A stretch of 64,000 nt of DNA from Candidatus Saccharimonadota bacterium (GTDB lineage Bacteria > Patescibacteriota > Saccharimonadia > Saccharimonadales > Saccharimonadaceae): the NCBI GenBank assembly GCA_009785095.1, contig WQXA01000001.1:3244-67243 (forward strand). Reading direction: 5' to 3'. This document shows positions 55,881 to 64,000 of this stretch, piece after piece; position 1 is the stretch's first letter, and each line of letters begins with the position of its first letter. Below the pieces are notes generated by a model that was given only the letters and a program-made list of their open reading frames with translations, made no database searches and was not told where the DNA came from. The position numbers and the translations under genes are program-made.

Positions 55881-56313
55881 TGTCATCCTGAACCTAGCGC
55901 TCTGTCATCCTGAACTTGTTTCAGGATCCAAAATATTCTAAAATCAGAACGTGAAAAGCTACTATGTCTATATTCTGACCAATAGAACAAATCAGATCTT
56001 TTATATTGGCATAACGAACGATTTATGGCGACGCATCTATGAGCACAAAAACCACTTGGTTACTGGTTTCACCGACAAATATAACTTGGAGAAGTTGGTC
56101 TATTATGAGGAAACCAGCGATGTAAATTCTGCGATTCAGCGCGAGAAACAATTAAAGAATTGGCATCGACAATGGAAAATCAATCTAATTGAGCAAGCTA
56201 ACCCCAACTACAAAGATCTCGCGGAAGAGCTTTGATCATTTAAGATCCTGAAACAAGTTCAGGATGACAGGTAATTGAGATTAAGATGACAGATCATTGA
56301 TCTTGGGATGACA
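55881..56313. mobile_element. GIY-YIG nuclease cassette bounded by nested inverted repeats
   Basis: Perfect 26-bp inverted repeat: TGTCATCCTGAACTTGTTTCAGGATC (55903..55928) versus 56244..56269. Extra half-sites TGTCATCCTGAAC (55881..55893) and GATGACA (56285..56291 and 56307..56313). Each repeat also folds as an 8-bp hairpin. Confidence 0.7.
55951..56235 (+). CDS. GIY-YIG nuclease family protein (UPF0213-like, 94 aa)
   Basis: YYVYILTN...FYIGITNDLWRRIYEHK GIY-YIG motif. GTG start. Confidence 0.85.
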   Translation: MKSYYVYILTNRTNQIFYIGITNDLWRRIYEHKNHLVTGFTDKYNLEKLVYYEETSDVNSAIQREKQLKNWHRQWKINLIEQANPNYKDLAEEL

Positions 56314-56342
56314 AACGCTATCTTTCTTGTTAAAATAATAGT

Positions 56343-56879
56343 ATGAAAAAAGCCAACCTGCTCTGGATTGACCTCGAGATGACGGGGCTTGATCCGGTGA
56401 AAGATCGAATTATTGAGGTCGGTGTCATCGCGACCGATTGGCGGTTGAATGAGGTGGCGCGTTACACGGCCGCCATCAAGGTAAATCCGAGGCTGGCCAA
56501 ACGTCGTATGACCGGTGATTTTTGGGAGAAAAACATGGCGGTGCGTGAGGCGCTGTTCGAGGCCAGCCAAACCAGCGGGCGAGTGGTGCGAACGGTTGAA
56601 AACGAGTTGATTGACTTTCTAAAGAAAAACTTTGACATGAAGCAACCGATCTATTTGGCCGGCAATTCGGTTTGGAACGATCGGCAATTCATCGAGCGAC
56701 AATGGTCGCGGCTAAACAATCTACTGCATTACCGCATGCTCGACGTAACGGCGTGGAAATTGGTGTTCGAAAATCATTTCAGAACCAAAATCAACAAGCC
56801 CGAAATCCACCGCGCTTTGGACGACATCGAGGGCTCGATCGCCGAATTGAAACTTTATATGAATAGAATTAAATTATAG
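56343..56879 (+). CDS. orn: oligoribonuclease
   Basis: LLWIDLEMTGLDP..DRIIEV, YRMLDVT, HRALDDI. Collinear with E. coli Orn. Confidence 0.9.
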   Translation: MKKANLLWIDLEMTGLDPVKDRIIEVGVIATDWRLNEVARYTAAIKVNPRLAKRRMTGDFWEKNMAVREALFEASQTSGRVVRTVENELIDFLKKNFDMKQPIYLAGNSVWNDRQFIERQWSRLNNLLHYRMLDVTAWKLVFENHFRTKINKPEIHRALDDIEGSIAELKLYMNRIKL

Positions 56880-56889
56880 GAGGAAAATC

Positions 56890-57235
56890 ATGAAAATTAT
56901 CAAACGAGGCGACATAAAACTCGAATCGGCTCACGGCGGCTCTGGCTCGCGCAAAGTCTTGATGCAGAACGTTAAAACTAGCGAAATCGAAGCCATGAGG
57001 GATGGTTTTTTACCGGGGGGGGGGGCAAATGTTTGACTGGCATCTGCACGACGGACTGACGGAAATTATGTACGTCTTGGCTGGCTCCGGCAAAGTGCAT
57101 GACGAGGACGGCCAGTATGATTACGCGTCGGGCGATCTCTTTACTTTTCCGGCGAACGAAAAACACAAGATCGTGAACACCGGCGATTCAGAAAGCCACA
57201 TGATTTTTGTTAGATTCAAAGAAAAGGCGATATGA
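56890..57235 (+). pseudogene. cupin-domain protein frameshifted at a G11 tract (phase-OFF or sequencing error)
   Basis: RBS AGGAGGA then ATG 56890 reads MKIIKRGD...DGFLPGGGANV*. The second frame (GGGQMFDWHLHDGLTEIMYVLAGSG...) carries the cupin core. G10 gives one 114-aa cupin ORF. Confidence 0.8.
57015..57025. repeat. homopolymer tract G11
   Basis: Counted directly. Confidence 0.95.
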
Positions 57236-57237
57236 TG

Positions 57238-57288
57238 CATCGAGAAATCGAAAAACTAAAAGTTTACCTAGAGCGGATCAAGCGATGA
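57238..57288 (+). pseudogene. displaced native 3' end of orn (HREIEKLKVYLERIKR*)
   Basis: Resembles the Orn C-terminus (functional copy IAELKLYMNRIKL*; E. coli IRESVAELAYYREHFIKL*). It uses GC-rich codons, and its TGA overlaps the ATG of the DHH gene as ATGA. Confidence 0.6.
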
Positions 57289-58211
57289 AAATCGTCTGTA
57301 CTTCCGATGCTTACGTTGACATCGATGGGCTGGCCTCGATGGTGGCTTACGTCGAGCTACTAAATAAAACCAACGAACCGGCCGCCGCGATGTCGGAAGC
57401 GCGGTTAAACGCTAGCATCCCGAGCGAGATGCGATCGTGGCCGTTCGATCTAAAAATGCCCGAGCCAAAATCTGATGATACTTTTATCCTGGTGGATATT
57501 TCAAATCCGACCTGGATACCGCCGTGGGTCGACGAGAATCGCATCGAGGCGGTGATCGATCATCACCCGGGCTATGAGGAATATTGGCGCGAGCGAATTG
57601 ATGGCGGCACACAGATCGAAATGATGGGCGCGGCCGTCACGATGATTTGGGAAAAATGGCGCGACAGCGGTCTTTTGGATCAGGTGAGCGAAACCTCGGC
57701 GCGATTGATCGCCTGTGCGATTCTGGATCAGACGCTCAATTTTCAGGCTAGCGTCACAACCGATCGCGATAGAACGGCGTACGATGATTGCCTGGGTAGG
57801 GCGAACTTTGACGGCGATCTGAAGGAATGGTATTTTTCGAGCGTGCAGGCGGACATCGAGCACGACCTCGAGAATGCTATCAAAAACGATACGAAATCCG
57901 ACTTTAAAATCCCCTCACTCGAACCGACAATAAAATGCGCGCAACTGGCCGTTTGGGACGGGAAAGATTTTTTGACGAAATACGGTCGCAAGATTGTGGA
58001 TGTCTTGGGCGATGATGAATATTGGTTGCTGAATTTGATCGATATTTCCGGCGGAAAAAGTCAATTTTTTACCAATGAAAGGATGACCGCCAAAGTCATA
58101 ACAGAATTAACCGGTGCCCAATTCGACGATGATGGCTTGCTCGCGGTGGCTGATCGTCCTTGGCTCAGAAAAGAAATCATAAAAGCAGGAATCGAACGTG
58201 CTAAATCATAA
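57285..58211 (+). CDS. DHH-family phosphoesterase (NrnA / family II pyrophosphatase-like)
   Basis: DIDG, LVDISN and VIDHHPG motifs (DHH motifs I-III). Start moved to ATG 57285. Confidence 0.6.
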   Translation: MKIVCTSDAYVDIDGLASMVAYVELLNKTNEPAAAMSEARLNASIPSEMRSWPFDLKMPEPKSDDTFILVDISNPTWIPPWVDENRIEAVIDHHPGYEEYWRERIDGGTQIEMMGAAVTMIWEKWRDSGLLDQVSETSARLIACAILDQTLNFQASVTTDRDRTAYDDCLGRANFDGDLKEWYFSSVQADIEHDLENAIKNDTKSDFKIPSLEPTIKCAQLAVWDGKDFLTKYGRKIVDVLGDDEYWLLNLIDISGGKSQFFTNERMTAKVITELTGAQFDDDGLLAVADRPWLRKEIIKAGIERAKS

Positions 58212-58521
58212 GGAGGTCGAGGAGTATGTTTTGTCGATGCCGAATGCGCGGCTAGATTTTCCGTTTGACGAAAAAACCGCCGTTTACAAGGCCTCCAATG
58301 GCAAAATGTTCGCGTTGATCGCCGAGGGATCGAAACCGCTACGAATGAGTTTGAAAATCGATCCCAATCTGGGCGAGCTGCTGCGCGAAAAATACGAGAG
58401 CGTGCTGCCGGGTTATCACCTCAATAAAAAACACTGGATCACCGTTATTTTGAGCGGGCAACTGAGCGACGATGAGGTGCGCGATTTGATCCGCCACAGT
58501 TTTGAATTGGTTAATGGCTAG
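58198..58521 (+). CDS. MmcQ/YjbR-family protein
   Basis: LDFPFDEKTAVYK...GYHLNKKHWITV pattern. About 107 aa. Confidence 0.65.
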   Translation: MLNHKEVEEYVLSMPNARLDFPFDEKTAVYKASNGKMFALIAEGSKPLRMSLKIDPNLGELLREKYESVLPGYHLNKKHWITVILSGQLSDDEVRDLIRHSFELVNG

Positions 58522-59174
58522 TCTTCTTTCAAAGGCAAACGATCGGCTAACTCCTGGAAATCTTCCGAGGCTCTCTCGAGGACTTCTAATTGGGCGGCGG
58601 ACGCGGACTTTCTTAAAATATCTATTTGCCCAAGGATAGACAGGAGCTGATCGCGCAAAACCCGCGCATAAACGATGTCGAGATTGCCGTACGATTTGGC
58701 GTCGTTAAGCTCGGAGATGGCCGAGACTTGCTCCTCGTCGAGGTAGTCCTCAGGATCGATGGCGGAATAAACCTCGGCGATTTCCCGGAGATGCGAGGTG
58801 GTGACGATGCTAGTTTGAGCCACGACCGTAGCGGTCACGCCGTTGCCGATGGGGTTGTTCTCGCTGTATTCGATAATGACGCGCAGCTCGCTCATCTTGG
58901 TACCGAGCGCGGTGACCTGGGCGTTCCGGGCGTTATTGTTGCTATTGACAACGCCGACGACGATCAAAATAGCGATCAACAGGATGATGGCGCCACCGAG
59001 GACAAACAGAGCTTTCTTCGGAATAATGCCAAACAATTTGCCGTTTGACCCGGACGGCGGTGCTATCGCGTCCATGTAGGACGGCGTGTCGGGAGTGTAA
59101 GGCGCCGGCGCATCGGTAGGCAGCGATGGGGGTGGACTAGGCGTCGGCGGCGGGTTAGGATCGTTTGGAAACAT
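58518..59174 (-). CDS. hypothetical membrane-anchored protein with a Pro-rich N-terminus
   Basis: One TM helix after a PPPTPSPPPS segment. Start set to ATG 59174. Confidence 0.5.
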   Translation of the reverse strand: MFPNDPNPPPTPSPPPSLPTDAPAPYTPDTPSYMDAIAPPSGSNGKLFGIIPKKALFVLGGAIILLIAILIVVGVVNSNNNARNAQVTALGTKMSELRVIIEYSENNPIGNGVTATVVAQTSIVTTSHLREIAEVYSAIDPEDYLDEEQVSAISELNDAKSYGNLDIVYARVLRDQLLSILGQIDILRKSASAAQLEVLERASEDFQELADRLPLKED

Positions 59175-59327
59175 ATGAATATTTAACCACAAGCGCTAGC
59201 CCCAGGCAAGCCTCGCGAAGAACTATGCGACGTTTTGGCTACAAAATATCACTATCGTTGTAATAATCACAACATATAAATAACAGATTACCACAACCGA
59301 AATTTGACTAAAAATCCAAAATAGGGG

Positions 59328-59356
59328 TTGACAAATCGAGAGAGAGAGAGTATTAT
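59328..59356 (+). promoter_or_regulatory. promoter TTGACA-17-TATTAT with a (GA)6 dinucleotide repeat filling the spacer
   Basis: TTGACA 59328..59333, GAGAGAGAGAGAG 59338..59350, TATTAT 59351..59356. Confidence 0.5.
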
Positions 59357-59406
59357 TGGATTCGACAATAACAAAATAGTATGTCAAGTAAACGGAAAGG
59401 AAAATA

Positions 59407-60993
59407 ATGACAGCTTTAACGGCAGGACAGGCACCTTTAACCCGAAGAGCGCTCAGAGAAGCGGAGAAGGTTCAAAAAAGAGAATCCTCGCTCTTTAAGA
59501 GGATGGGTAGAAAAATAGGAAAGCTGGCGACTGCTCTCGTTACTCCTTTTAGCGGCCGCAAAATGGAAAACTCTGAAGTGGAAAACCCCGATGAGCCACG
59601 CATTCCTTTTTCTTCGCCAGAAGACACAGTGGAACTTCCAGTAACTGCAGATGAAATTGTAGATGAGGGTGAAGGTGAAGGTGATGTAAGTGTAAGTGGA
59701 GAGCCAGAATCGGGCGAAGAAGTTATTAGTAGAGCCGAGAGGTTATCTCAGCGATATGAGAACAAGGCAGCAAAAGCGGGACTAAGAGCTGCTGATGAGA
59801 TTAGTCCGTTTAAAGCGCAATCTTTGCGGAGTAAACGAGATCGTCTTTTGTCGCGGGCGGAGAGAGCTAGAGCCGGAGAACGTTTCGGGGTCATTGGAGC
59901 GGTGGGCAGAAGTGCGATCAACAAACTCACCGAAGCCAGGCAAAATCGCCGGGAAAGGAAGGCAGACAGAGCTGCGTACCAGGAAGAAAGAGCTAGAAAG
60001 GAGTTCGAGATTACTAACATTGAAGCCGGACTTACAAAACTGCGACAGGAAAACTTTGATGACATTAACTCTGGAGCTGCGCAAGCCAACATCGATGAGC
60101 AAACGACGCTTCGATCGCAGCTAGGAGTTGCTAAACGAGAGTTAGGCACATTTGACGACGAGCATGAACATCTACAGCCAAGAACCCTCGGCGGCAGAAT
60201 GCTGGGTGTCGTGACGGGACTGCAGGGCTCAATACAACGAGCCGTTGAGGGATTCAAGTTTACTCCACCAGAGCAGATGGAGGATGAATCCGATGAGGAT
60301 TACAATGCAAGACTTGACGATGCTAAAAGCCTCATCACAATAAAACGTGTCGTGGGTGGTTTGGCAGCAGGCGCACTTTTGGTTGGTGGGGCGCTTGCTC
60401 TAGCTAAATTGAATCAGAGCGGCTATGACTCCACAGCTTTGGATATGGCGCCGGATGCTACTGCACTGCCGACAGGTAGCGGTAGTGGCAATGGCCTAGT
60501 TAACGATGCTATAAGGAGCGTGAATAAGGCAGTAGAAAGTGTGGCAGCAGACGTAAAGGAAACTGCCACGGGCGCTGCTTCAAAAGTCGGTCAGTTTGTC
60601 GGCGAACCGTTTTCAACCGGTTCCGGCAGCACTACTAGTGGTACTATCATCGACAACTCTGACCTTACTAATGCTTTACCAGGCAGCAGGAATAGCGGCG
60701 CGGCAGAGAATGTAATGGAGGCTGTCCAGCCTACGATTCCGGAAATCTCGATCACAGTTGGTCAGGGTGGCGGTTACGGTGATGCGCTAGTTAAATATAG
60801 ACCCGGAGCGACGATCAATTGGGACGCATGGAACAAGGCGACAGCGCCTGGCACGAAGCTTCATGGTTGGTTACTAGAGAACGGTGCGTATCCAAGGCCA
60901 GAAGGTGGCAACCTAGGTATCGCGGATCTCTCAGGAGAAGTACCTATCTCGGTTGTAGAAAAACTCGCAGAAATTCCGGATATATTCAAATAA
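59407..60993 (+). CDS. hypothetical protein (charged coiled-coil N-terminal half, one TM helix, Gly/Ser-rich C-terminal half)
   Basis: ORF with RBS GGAAAGGAAAA. No recognisable motif. Confidence 0.5.
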   Translation: MTALTAGQAPLTRRALREAEKVQKRESSLFKRMGRKIGKLATALVTPFSGRKMENSEVENPDEPRIPFSSPEDTVELPVTADEIVDEGEGEGDVSVSGEPESGEEVISRAERLSQRYENKAAKAGLRAADEISPFKAQSLRSKRDRLLSRAERARAGERFGVIGAVGRSAINKLTEARQNRRERKADRAAYQEERARKEFEITNIEAGLTKLRQENFDDINSGAAQANIDEQTTLRSQLGVAKRELGTFDDEHEHLQPRTLGGRMLGVVTGLQGSIQRAVEGFKFTPPEQMEDESDEDYNARLDDAKSLITIKRVVGGLAAGALLVGGALALAKLNQSGYDSTALDMAPDATALPTGSGSGNGLVNDAIRSVNKAVESVAADVKETATGAASKVGQFVGEPFSTGSGSTTSGTIIDNSDLTNALPGSRNSGAAENVMEAVQPTIPEISITVGQGGGYGDALVKYRPGATINWDAWNKATAPGTKLHGWLLENGAYPRPEGGNLGIADLSGEVPISVVEKLAEIPDIFK

Positions 60994-61010
60994 ACAGAAA
61001 GGAAAAAGAA

Positions 61011-61688
61011 ATGGCGGGAGATCTTGTAAGAGGAGGGAACGGCAGAAAAGCGGTAGGTCGCCCAAGCGCCGCTCCAAGTTTACCTAGATATGTAGGAGGA
61101 GGTTATCGCACTCAGCCACGGAAACGATCAGTTTTCGATAGGATGTTTGCTCCCCTAGATAGGTTGGGCAATAAAGGAAGTGGGCTCCCTCTCGAAGAGC
61201 TTTCATTGGCAGAAAGAGCAGCAAGGGGGCTGGAATCAACGACAGCTGCTGGTAATAGGCAGAATACACCGACTACCGTGGATGAAGCTCTACAATTAGT
61301 TATCCGGAAAGCCAAAGAAACCCCTGGCTATAAAGATATTATCGAAGCGGATGTACTTGCTGCGACAGAAGTCGTAAAATCAGCGATCGTCCAACGATTA
61401 ATGAAAGCAAGAAAAGAAGCGAAGGGCGGTACATCGGGGTATACAGATGGTCGACTTCTTAAGCACTACCAGGTAGAAGCGGCTAGTGCTAATGCGACTA
61501 CCGAATCCAGTAGAAGAGGGATACGACTTGGTGAGAGAGCCATTGTATTAGATGCCCTTTTGGGTGCAGCTGTCGAACTTGGGGATGCGCCTGCTGACGT
61601 AGCGAAGAAAGATCGAAATCTTCCCAAGAGCTGGTTTAGAGGTATCGACTTTAGTTCGATCACGACTCAAATCAGGGAGAAAAAATAA
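61011..61688 (+). CDS. hypothetical protein
   Basis: ATG 61011 follows AAAGGAAAAAG. The upstream part of ORF 60819..61688 overlaps the preceding gene. Confidence 0.45.
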   Translation: MAGDLVRGGNGRKAVGRPSAAPSLPRYVGGGYRTQPRKRSVFDRMFAPLDRLGNKGSGLPLEELSLAERAARGLESTTAAGNRQNTPTTVDEALQLVIRKAKETPGYKDIIEADVLAATEVVKSAIVQRLMKARKEAKGGTSGYTDGRLLKHYQVEAASANATTESSRRGIRLGERAIVLDALLGAAVELGDAPADVAKKDRNLPKSWFRGIDFSSITTQIREKK

Positions 61689-61740
61689 ATCCTATCTATT
61701 TTCTTTCGACAACACTAGCAAAAAATGCTACAATTAACTT

Positions 61741-63525
61741 ATGCAAGACGCCAAAGAAGAGGTGCGAGCCAAATTAGCCATTGAGGATGTGATCGGCGAG
61801 TATGTCACGCTGAAACGCTCGGGGCGTTATTGGCGCGGCCTGAGTCCTTTCACGAATGAGAAAACGCCGTCGTTTTTTGTGACGCCCGAGCGGGATATTT
61901 GGCATGATTTTTCCTCTGGTAAGGGCGGCGATGTGTTTAGTTTCGTCATGGAGGTCGAGGGTCTAGATTTCCGCGGTGCGCTAGAATTTCTGGCGCGAAA
62001 AGCGGGCGTCGACCTAAGCCAATATGACGGACGAACGCCGCGGGATTTGAGTCGCCGAAAAGAGCGGATTCTCACGATGAACAATATCGCTCTGAATTAT
62101 TTCCAGCGTGAAATGTTGAAAAGTAAGACGGCGCAGGAATATATTTCGATCAAGCGCGGCCTAACCAAGGAGACGGTGATCGAGTGGGGCATTGGATACG
62201 CGCCGGAAGATTCGCGGCTCAGGAAGCTCCTTTTGGATAAGAAATTTACGGAGGTCGAGATTCGCGGCGCCGGTTTGATCGGTGGTCGTGGTGGCGAAAT
62301 GTTTCGCGGTCGGATGATGATTCCTCTGCGTGACGGTCAAGGTCAAGTGGTTGGCTTTACCGGGCGGATTATCGGAGATGGTGAGCCAAAATATCTCAAC
62401 ACGCCGGGCACGATTTTGTATGACAAAAGCCGCCAGGTTTTCGGATTGAATTTCGCGAAAAGTGCCATTCGGCGAGATGATTTCACGGTTCTAGTAGAAG
62501 GAAACTTGGACGTCATTAGCTCGCACCAAGCCGGAGTCGAGAACGTGGTGGCTTGCGCCGGCACAGCGCTGACGCGCGATCATCTAAAGGCATTGAGTCG
62601 TTTGTCGCGAAATGTGCGACTCTGTTTCGACGGCGATCGGGCTGGCGTGACGGCGACCGAACGAGCGATTGCTCTGGCCGAGCCGTTGGAATTAAAACTC
62701 TCGGTGATTTCTTTTTCCGAAGCCAAAGACCCCGACGAGCTGATCGGCCAGAGCGTAGATAAATGGCGAGCTGTTATCGAAAAACATGTGCCGGCGGTTG
62801 AGTGGGTGATCGAGCAATACGCCGCCCGCGAAGATTTGAGCACGGCCGATGGCAAGAAAACCCTGACTAGCCAAGCGCTAAAATTGATTCGTAATTTGCG
62901 TGATGTGGTCGAAATCGAATTTTATTTAAAGCAATTGAGCGAGCTAACCGGCGCTAGTTTACACGTCCTTGAACAAAAAATGTATTCAACCAGAACAGAT
63001 AAAAAACCAAAGAAAATCATGCGTGAGATCAAAACGCCGCGCCGCGAATATTCGCGTCGTGACGAGCAACATTTCCTAAACCAGATTTTCGCGGTGGCGC
63101 TCAAAGTTTCGCGCCTGCGCAGCATCCTGAATAATTTGCGCGATGAATATTTGACCGAAACTTTTGCCAAATTAAAATATTATTTGCTCGGGCGAGAAAT
63201 TGAAATCTCGGGCGAGATGGCGGACAAAATGGCTGAACTCGAGATCATCGTCAACCAGGAACTCGGTGGCGACACGGACGAGCGGATTCTTTTGCTAGCT
63301 AGCATGGTCGAGCTAGAAAAATTGAAATTGCGCACTAAATTTGAGAGCCTGAGTAGCGAACTAGCGACCGTGCTCGACAGTGGCGACAACGAGCGCGTGG
63401 AAATTCTTAACGGCGCAGTGAATGGCTTAAAACGCGATCTAAATGCGCTCGAGAAAACCTCATCGCGCGATGATTTTGCTGGTCTGTTCATGGTTTGGGA
63501 TAATCGAAAGGAGGACAATGAGTAA
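61741..63525 (+). CDS. dnaG: DNA primase with a degenerate zinc-binding motif
   Basis: EKTPSFFV, GKGGDVFSF, Toprim block (LVEGNLDVIS, CFDGDRAG). Confidence 0.9.
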   Translation: MQDAKEEVRAKLAIEDVIGEYVTLKRSGRYWRGLSPFTNEKTPSFFVTPERDIWHDFSSGKGGDVFSFVMEVEGLDFRGALEFLARKAGVDLSQYDGRTPRDLSRRKERILTMNNIALNYFQREMLKSKTAQEYISIKRGLTKETVIEWGIGYAPEDSRLRKLLLDKKFTEVEIRGAGLIGGRGGEMFRGRMMIPLRDGQGQVVGFTGRIIGDGEPKYLNTPGTILYDKSRQVFGLNFAKSAIRRDDFTVLVEGNLDVISSHQAGVENVVACAGTALTRDHLKALSRLSRNVRLCFDGDRAGVTATERAIALAEPLELKLSVISFSEAKDPDELIGQSVDKWRAVIEKHVPAVEWVIEQYAAREDLSTADGKKTLTSQALKLIRNLRDVVEIEFYLKQLSELTGASLHVLEQKMYSTRTDKKPKKIMREIKTPRREYSRRDEQHFLNQIFAVALKVSRLRSILNNLRDEYLTETFAKLKYYLLGREIEISGEMADKMAELEIIVNQELGGDTDERILLLASMVELEKLKLRTKFESLSSELATVLDSGDNERVEILNGAVNGLKRDLNALEKTSSRDDFAGLFMVWDNRKEDNE

Positions 63526-64000
63526 GAATATCCTGGTGATCAATAGCGGTAGTTCGTCGATCAAATTTCAGCTACTAGACGTTACCACAAAAGAGGTAAT
63601 CATAAAAGGCCTGGCCGAGGAACTAGATTCGCCGTTGGCGCGAATCAAGATCAAATACGATGGCCAATCAGAAACTGAAAAAATGCCGGACGCGGATTTC
63701 GAGACGGCCATCCGACGCATTTTCGACGAATTGGATGAGCGCGGCCTAAAAAGCACCGTCAAAGCCGTCGGTCATCGCGTCGTCAATGGCGGGGAAGAAA
63801 TCAAAGAATCGGTGCTCATCGACGACCAGGTTCTAGCGGCCATAGAGCGGGCGACTATCTACGCGCCGCTGCACAATCCGGCTCAGATCGCCGGTATTCG
63901 CGCCGTCAAAAAAGTCATGCCCAAACTGCCGCAAGTGGCGGTGTTTGACACGGCTTTTCATCAAACCATGCCAGCGCGGGCTTATCGTTATGCGGTGCCG
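63518..64000 (+). CDS. ackA: acetate kinase (5' part; continues beyond the window)
   Basis: ILVINSGSSSIKFQL, GHRVVNGG, APLHNP, VAVFDTAFHQTMP. RBS AAAGGAGGA. Overlaps the end of dnaG by 8 nt. Confidence 0.9.
   Translation, partial: MSKNILVINSGSSSIKFQLLDVTTKEVIIKGLAEELDSPLARIKIKYDGQSETEKMPDADFETAIRRIFDELDERGLKSTVKAVGHRVVNGGEEIKESVLIDDQVLAAIERATIYAPLHNPAQIAGIRAVKKVMPKLPQVAVFDTAFHQTMPARAYRYAVP

Overview
This 64-kb window looks like a reduced-genome, Gram-positive-type or CPR (Saccharibacteria-like) bacterium; the taxonomy is inference only. The backbone is housekeeping: valS, tsaD, three FemAB-family paralogs plus murE, pgm, groES/groEL with a CIRCE operator, MacB-type and ABC-2 transporters, mgtE, pyrH, carB, argS, class II nrdJ, orn, a DHH phosphoesterase, dnaG, the 5' end of ackA, tRNA-Ser(GGA) and tRNA-Pro(GGG). 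Between these sit orphan genes that look lower in GC by eye, plus a 2326-aa collagen/tail-fibre-like surface protein.

Four signals are worth a second look:
1. Ten G/C homopolymer tracts of 9-11 nt lie only in the 5' ends or the promoter of orphan/accessory genes. Two clearly break a reading frame and one sits in a promoter spacer. This resembles a contingency-locus (phase-variation) network.
2. At least three of these tract-bearing genes are mini-cassettes inserted into the 3' ends of host genes (FtsX permease, orn, a Pro/Ala-rich protein). In each case a displaced copy of the host gene's terminal codons is still recognisable.
3. A 1168-aa single-chain protein with two tandem MutS-type modules carries an 11-nt poly-C tract at its own 5' end.
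4. An ~84-108-nt hairpin-forming palindromic element (93% identical copies, with compensatory stem substitutions) is inserted in-frame, in opposite orientations, into the essential genes valS and tsaD.

I recognised no CRISPR array, integrase or transposase. All homology calls come from motif recognition by eye. Tract lengths could be affected by homopolymer sequencing error.
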